From assembly GCA_023213395.1 (NCBI GenBank), contig CM041465.1, positions 161,393,741 to 161,457,740 of the forward strand: a stretch of DNA of 64,000 bases, given 5' to 3'. Each line of letters begins with the position of its first letter. Positions within the stretch are counted from its first letter, which is position 1. Source of the stretch: Cycas panzhihuaensis (Eukaryota; Plantae; Cycadophyta). The position numbers were made by a program, and so were the translations under genes. The notes below the pieces were generated by a model. That model had not been told where the DNA came from. It did not search any database and saw nothing but the letters and a program-made list of their open reading frames with translations. This document shows, in pieces, positions 56,101 to 64,000 of this stretch.

Positions 56101-56733
56101 ATTCTCTTTCATTGTTACTTTTATTTTCTTCAAAAAAAAGAAAGGGAAAAAAAGAAAAAGAAAAAGTCTAGAAAAAGGGAAAAAATAGGATCATTTACTA
56201 CTTACTTTCTTGAGTGGTCTCTCTCTCTATCCTCTCCCTTTAAAACTTACTTCTTTCTTTAAAAAAAAAAAGAAAAGAAAACCAAAAAATTTAAAAAAAA
56301 AAAAGAGAGAACATTTCTTTATTTCTTTATCAAGTATTGCATTGCATAATATACCACTTTAGAATAAGATTACCTGATTATATAAGGGCCTAAGCAAAAG
56401 GAAGGATGCACTTGTTATGAGTATTCAAATTTATGAGGCTAAATTAAGTTATTAGTTAGGGTTGTTTTCAAGGTCCATACAATTATAAAGCACATGTAGT
56501 ATCATTACATGTGTGCTTAGTAATTAGATTGTCCTAGGTTCATACCCCTCTTTTTGACTTAAGCTTGGCACGTTCATACACTAGTGTTGCCCATTAGTCC
56601 ATAACTAGCTATTAGAAAGCTTGTTTTAGTCCTCACCCTTATGTATACAAGATACACGAGTACCCTGTGTGAGGTATTTACTCATACTCCTTATGAGACC
56701 CTTTAACTCCCTAGGGACCCACTATAGGTTACA
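50123..56733 (+). repeat. 3' LTR of E3, interrupted by Copia C
   Basis: The start TGTTTC...AGGAATG...AGGTAAG matches the reverse complement of the E1/E2 LTR starts. E4 coding sequence resumes right after GGTTACA at 56733. Net length ~2.5 kb. Confidence 0.6.
51193..55329 (-). mobile_element. Copia C: gag-only (TR-GAG-like) non-autonomous element
   Basis: 299-bp LTRs at 51193-51491 and 55031-55329, Met PBS at 55017-55028, TSD CTCTC/CTCTT. Gag remnant (51808-52050, KDNEALTLIF...KTAWYTLELIY) runs into the PPT with no pol. Confidence 0.85.
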
Positions 56734-59700
56734 TTTGTATGTTCTTCCTCATATTAAATTGCGTTTAATAAGCAAATTTCTCATTTTTATTCTTCTGCTA
56801 GATTTGGCTTATAATTTAAATTTTGTAAATACCTAATTACATTAGAATACCACTTTGAATTAGTACCTAACAGTAAGATGTACTCATCTAGGTAAGAGTC
56901 ATAAAAAGCTTGAATAATTTCTTTCCCTAGCATAGCCATATCAACAATATGCTTAATTATTTCCATTCCTTTCTTTGCATTAATTAAACAAATCTCAAGG
57001 TCAAATTCTTAGAGGAGAATAACCCATCTCATAGCATGACCAAAAAGATTAGGCTTGGTTATTAAATACTTTAAAGGATTAGAATTTACCATGACCTTTC
57101 TGTAGGCAAACAATAAATAATATCATAACTTTTTAATAGCTTAGATAATAGTAAGATATTGTTATTCAATTTGGGGATAAGCCAATTCAAGATTAGAAAG
57201 AAGTTTATAGATATAATAAATGGTATGTTCCTTCCTAGAGTTATCAAGTTACATAAGTACCACTAATAGAGACAAATTTGAAGTGGTTATATAAAGGATG
57301 AAATCCTTTGAAAAATTAGGAGGGGATAAGATCAGAGCTTGGATAAGAAGTTTTTTAATAATTTTGAAACCCTCCCAACAAGTTGAGTTATGAAATAATG
57401 CAAGTACCTAATTTTATCTAAAAGGGATTTTATTTGGGTAACTGTTATAAGAGGGGAAATGTATAAAATAGTTTTAACTTTACTAGGGTCAATACTAATC
57501 CCATAAACACTAATAATAAAGCCAAGTAGTGTTTTGGCAATTATACCAAACACAAATTTGGTAGGATTTAAATGGATTAGATATTTGATACATCATTCAA
57601 ATATCAACCTTAAATCATGAAGATGATTAGAACACTTATGAGATCATCCATTTAAATCATCAACATAAGTATTTACTAAATCTTAAGAAATGAGATAATA
57701 AAATGTAATTATCATGACATATTGATATGTTATTGCAACATTGATGAGCCCAAATAGCATCATATAATCAACACAGGTACTCTAAGTTCTAGTAAATGAA
57801 GTATTTATCTAATCTTTTTTATATAAATGAATTTGGTTATACCTAGAAAACCCATACATTAGAGACATGATTTCAAAACCTATAATTGAATTGATGATTA
57901 AGTCAATGAATGGTAAAGGATAATTATCTTTAGAACATGCTCTGTTAAATTATGTATGTCAACACAAACCTAAATAGTTCCATTTTTCTTCATAACATGA
58001 ATGATATTTAAAACCTATTTAGGAAAATCTATGGGATAAATAAATTTTCCTTTTAAAATATTTTCAATTTTATTCTTAATAAGTAAGGATAATTGAGGTT
58101 TGATAAGTCCTTACTTTTGCTTAATAGGGTGAGCATCGAGATGAGTAACAATGTTATGAACAACAATGCTAGGGTCCATGCTAGGCATATAATCATAAGA
58201 CCATGCAAAGACTTCATGGAATTCCCTAAAGAGATTAATGTAAGCTTGATATTCGTTAAGAGTACATTTGACACCTAGTTTAATGATTTGAGGAGTTAAT
58301 GTCATAGATATATTCATGCCAATAGTTTCATCCAATTAACATTAGATTACCCTATTCAAAATGTTTAGGAGCAAGAGGAAAAACACCTTCAAATCTAAAT
58401 TGTTGGATTAAAGGATGTAAAAAATAGTCTAAAATGTTAGAAAATGCAATTGAAGCAAACAAGATCAACAAGATCTTTCACATCAGGTAGATAACAAGTA
58501 GGAACAGATCGCATAGGACACCATATTGTCGTGGGAAACCCTTACAGGTGAAAACCCAAAAATGAATAATATTTAATATTATGACAAAATGATGTATTAC
58601 AAAGATGGACTTTGATTTATATGTATAGATCTAAAGTGCTAAATATAATTATAATTACATCTATTAGGTCACCACAATTGAGGATATTCCTCACATAATT
58701 AGGTATAAAAATAAAAGGCCCACTTTACATTAGGTGGTATGGTCACATATTTTAACATCCCTTCTTAATGTAAATATAGGGCAACAAGGATTATCATTAT
58801 CATTAGGAATGAATCCCCTCTCAAAGATAACCTTACCCAACCTAATATGCATGAACATCGATGTAGTGATCTTCACTCGGATGTAATGGTGCCATGCCTC
58901 ATATGTGCTCAATTCTTTAGAAATGCTCCAACAAACCTGCAACCATATAGCTCTCTCTCCACCTGACACTTTGTCCATTCAACTCAGTCATATTCCTTTG
59001 ACTAAACTAAGAGGTTGAGCCACTTAAACCATGTGAATCACCTCTTCAAGTATTCATTAAGGAATGCTGATATGATATGATACGATACCCAACTATCTAA
59101 ACCTACTGAAGTAAGGATCAAATAGACCAATGAACATAGAGACTGGTGCTAAATATCTTATCATACCTTAATCCTTCTTCCTGCTAGACATCCTACGTAA
59201 CAAGCTTACCAACTTATAAATAGACTAGGTTCTTTGCTTCAATATAGCTCTCCATCATGAATATGTACTCACTAGAACATTAGTATCTATCTCAAGTTTT
59301 GACTAGCATACTAATCCATGATCTTCCATCATCTTGCAAGTCTTCAATTGTCAATAGAACATGGGGTTATAATCCATGTCTCATCATCTAATATTTCCTT
59401 ATCATCAATCTATCACTAAGTCCTGCTTCTATCTTAAGCACAATGTTAGACAAATAAACTTCCACACCTATTAAATAACATCATAGAAAATTGAAGTAAT
59501 GAAGGATAAAACTCATAACCAAATGACACTTAGCATGATACATCAACAACTCTTCAACATAACATCTAGACTAATCATAATGCATTTCCCCTATAGATGA
59601 CACTCTTTGTAATCTAAACAACTGATATGCTTCAAACTCTTATGATACTACTGTTGCAATCTTCGTCTAAGATGTGTGCACTCCAATGCACCAAGGGAAT

Positions 59701-62700
59701 AAATGGAAGGCTTCTAACTTTATCCAAACACATAACAAGATGGGTATATATGCCACAAACAGTCATAATAAGGGGTACCCATATTTGTCCACTAGAGTTT
59801 ATGCCATCAAACCATTGGAGGCAAATAATTACCTGCACCAATCTCACTATTTGCATCATGATACTCACCTATAATGCAACCTTACAGACCAATTATACAT
59901 ACTATGACAAAGGCATAACTGATTTTAAGGAATCTCATCTTAGACCTTTCCATTCACACTTAAACTTCATCAAACACACTACCTTAGTTCCACATCAGAC
60001 TTATTCTAATATGCACCCATGTTAAACCAGCATCAAACAAGTCCATAAACCTTATGCTATCATCAGTCCAACTACCATTCATACAAGAAAATCCTAAACC
60101 TCATCACCTCATACACATCTAATGTAAGAGAACTTGAATGTAAACCGAATAAACCACACTCATTTCATACGTAAACATGAACTTTGTGCAATGATCTATA
60201 CCACACTCAAATAGTAGCAGAGTTTGTATTAAGTTGCAATTAAGGTAAGCTTGCCCTTTTTTGCCCAATCTCACCCATCATGCCCTCAACCTACCTATCG
60301 AACTCGCCCAATTTTTCCATGTAATACACATGTAACAAGTCTCTTATATCACCTTATCTTACCCAACACATGCCCATAAAACTCCTTCATGTAATGCACA
60401 TGCAAGAGAGGCTAGAATCACTGTAACATCCGCCTTACTCTCTTATGTAAAATACATGTAAAGAGCTACAACACACCTCATGTCACCAAATAATCACCTC
60501 ATCATACCCATTTCCATCACTATGATACTCTCTTATGAACTCACATTTAGAGAACAACATCACATCTTAATGCCTTATAACACCATTGAATCAAACCACT
60601 TTAGACATATATGGAAAAGCAACCTCATGAGTTAACCATAGCAATAAATGATTAAAAAAGGCATATCTATCAAACTTATCTTTATATTAAGCCAATGTAA
60701 CTCAATATATCCTATATAGGCAACTTAAAGATGATATGAAATCAAATGCCAAGTAAATCATCTGATATGAAACAACCATGAGAGACCATATATGATTAAA
60801 TCAATAAAGGATAAATTGATAACGGTGGCATAATGAAATACTAAATCGAATAAATCATATCAAAGGCCAATAATACACTCCTCCAATTGATCGATTGAAT
60901 ATACCAAAAGAGAAAATGCAATAATATATTTTAGATGATAAATATCTGTATACATTAAACTAGTGGACGACCATATTATGTATAGTCACAATCTTCATAT
61001 ACATGTATTAACCAATGGTTGGGCGATGGGTAATCAACATCATCAGATCATCAGATATGATGGCAACGACTACAAAAAAATGGAGGCTGTAATATATAAA
61101 CCGAGGACAACAAATTATTTATATTAGGGATGCATGGTGATACAGGTATTGAGTGTATAGATGCAGGCTATAAATACCAAAATGGTTGTTGAATATGATG
61201 GCAACTCCATCACGAGCAACTTTAGCTGCACACGCATGGGTGACATGATGATAATCCATCGCTATGATAAATGTATTCATCAAGAGGGGCTATAACGGCT
61301 TCATCCAGGCATGGGCGACCATCATGCAAATAGTATAGACTACATAAATAGGGTGATATAAATGACGTACTTCACACAAACATAATCAATGACTGAATAT
61401 AGACTGCACAGGGAATAAATAAATAAGGGCACAATAAATTCATGGGTATGGAATCTCTCATACAACTAGTGAAAACTATTAATAGTGACAGCAGTAATAA
61501 TCTGAATGATTAAACTAAATGGGTGACTCTTCACAGTTGTAGATAGGTATGACTACCGATTGTAACTATGGTGTAAATAGCCAATAATGATACCTAAGTA
61601 AATTAAACTGGAGGCACATCACAGCATAGAATATTTCAATGTAAATGACTCATATCTAAAAGCTAGGCGACTATGATATTATTCGTGATTAATATAAATC
61701 ATTCAAGGTGATTAGATAGCATGCAATGATTTCACCCAAAATATATCCATCACACACTGGATAAAATTTCAATGGACAAACATGGTGATTAATATTACAG
61801 GTGACAAATCACATACAGATTATAATCATACCTGGGCAACATAAATTCCATAAAAATATACCAACAAATGATATTAACATGTAGCAAGCAAATATTTACA
61901 AGCATACCTTAATATTTGACCATATTATTGATTTCACGGTATTACAACAACCCTGATAGGGTTTCTGTACTCTCCCGCTAACAACAGAGGGTTGGCAATC
62001 GACGCTAGGGCATGCAAACTTAGTGGCAACATCAAATGGGGATCTGACACCTTCAACATGTTCAAACAACTCTCACATAGCTGGCAACAGAGTCAAAACT
62101 CATCCACACATCTCCATATATCTCAAAGTACCTACAAACAATGGAAAGAAGGCTCCCAAGATCCTCAGTGATCATCTGCGCTACATGGCTATTCTGTAGG
62201 GTTATCGAGCATGCCAATCTACTAAGGGAAAGCCAACATGACCTAACACTATTTATTAGACCTTCGATAATATTCATCTACTTGTGCATGACCTACATGC
62301 TCTAATACCATGTTAGAAAATGCAACTAAAACAAATAAGGTCAATAGGATCTTTCACATCAGGAAGATAACAAGCAGGAACAGATTGCATAGGACACCAT
62401 ATTGCCATGGGAAACCCTTAAGGGTGAAAGCCCACAAATGAATAATATTTCACATTATGACAAAATGATGTATTGCAAAGAAGGACTTTGATCTATATTT
62501 ATAGATCTAAAACACCAAATATAATTACGATTACATCTATTAGGTCACCACAATTGAGGATATTCCTCCACATAATTAGGTATAAAAATAGAAGGCCCAC
62601 TTTACATTAGGTGGTATGGTCACATATTTTAACATAAAGAATTTCTTGAGTATTTAATGCATCAAGCTTATCAGAAAATATTCAAATTCAATTAACTTAA

Positions 62701-64000
62701 ATATGAGGTAGAAAGGGTGTTGATTTTTTTTATGAAAATCATCCCAAGTTTCATCATTAGAAAATAAGAAGTCCAAGATAGCATCATCATCTTAATACAA
62801 AACTAATATGGTAACAAAATCAGTTTGAATAAGAAATATTCTTAGTTTAAGAGAAAGTTTAGGAGGAAACTCAAGAGGAGCAATAATTCCATAAATAACT
62901 AAGCCCATATCTTTTATTTATTGCTCTTGATCAAAATTAAGAAATAGAATAGTTTGAATTTTTTATGTTTCTATGGGTGCTTTAGCATGGAATGTAAATA
63001 ATTTGACAACTTTAATATGATTACTATTAACGAATTAGTTTTCTCTAAATAAAGATAATGATATAGCCTACATTACTCAAATCCAAGGTTGACCTAGAAT
63101 AATATTGTAATCTAGAGTAGTATCCATAACTTTGACATTAATTTTTACTATTTTTCCTTCAATTATAATTGGTAAATTATATTTTTTTTTCTATGGTTGA
63201 ATGCTTTGTGGCATAAAAACCTTCAATATAAGTAGCACTTTTATCCAACATTTTAAGTTATAAAGCTCACATAAGTGATATAGGGATAATATTTAGAGAA
63301 GACCCATCATCAACAACAACACAATGGATGATTATGTCACAAATGATTACCTACACCATAGAGGCTCCAATATTAGGTTGAGTTAAAACATTAGTGGGAA
63401 GTAAAGAGAAGTCAAAGGATAAAACCTAATAAGGGGTTTCAGAAGATTGTATTCCTAATGCATTGAGATATTTGTGTCTCTATAAAGAATAATATTCCAA
63501 CATGTTAAATAATGGCATACCCAATGAAATACTCTTTAAATCATTAAGAAGAGAATATAAGGGCAAGTCTCTATTCCCTATAGTCAAAAGGAGAAAATTT
63601 AAAAACCTTCAAACTATAGGGATTGAAGACCATCATTTGGGGTTTATACTCCTTTGACTCATCATCAGATTAAGAATCATACTTTGCAAATTATGAACAA
63701 GTTTGAATTGCAAAGACATAAGACAAATCAATATTATCATATTCTAATAGATGTATTTATGATATACATTTCTTTCCAACTACTTTGCTAGATTCACCTG
63801 GTTCAAAAATTCAAATTCTAAGAGAAGTTTAAGGGATAAAGTCAAGACTTTATCTTAATAGCATATAACTTGGAATAAAATAAGTTCAAAAGAACTTAAA
63901 GTAAGAGTAGAAAATTAAGAACCTACTATCTACAAAGGGTTTGAAGTCAGGGAATGATGAAATTACAATGTATTAAGTTGATTTTATAAACTTTAATTTT
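56734..64000 (-). mobile_element. E4: old Tat-like Gypsy pol (PR-RT linker, RT, RH, INT start), interrupted by Copia D and cut by E3
   Basis: FREFHEVFAWSYDYMPSMDPSIVVH, CSKDNYPLPFID, TYVDDLNG, IDPSKVKTI, KWYSNVIRYL. Confidence 0.8.
58435..62634 (-). mobile_element. Copia D: non-autonomous element with well-preserved LTRs and a decayed interior
   Basis: LTRs 58435-58757 and 62311-62634 (TG...CA, roughly 90% identical by eye), Met PBS at 62299-62310, TSD TAAAA/TAAAG, only faint RT-like traces inside. Confidence 0.85.

Overview
No host gene, RNA gene or CRISPR array is recognisable. The window is AT-rich, CpG-depleted heterochromatin of a large-genome land plant (gymnosperm- or fern-like, by inference), made almost entirely of nested, decayed LTR retrotransposons. 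It holds four Ty3/Gypsy elements with Tat-like RT (E1 201-5555 minus, E2 5556-25681 minus, E3 30776-56733 plus, E4 56734-64000 minus) and four Copia elements or derivatives (A 25682-30775, B 34719-39749, C 51193-55329 gag-only, D 58435-62634). There are also a Copia solo LTR (33898-34556), a 2-kb chromovirus-derived mini-element (15263-17280), a CpG-rich LTR end (1-200) and a ~1.95-kb (TA)n array. The best candidate system: E2 and E3 each carry an antisense, intron-containing Plant Mobile Domain (PMD) + coiled-coil gene, and a 20-bp-phased array of a decayed palindrome (reconstructed RCGGTRCCGY) lies both upstream of that gene and in the LTRs of E1-E3. Other notable points are a Q/N/G/Y prion-like repeat in the Copia A Gag, pervasive CpA->TpA decay, and a junction-supported six-level nest. 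All alignments were done by eye and no database search was run.
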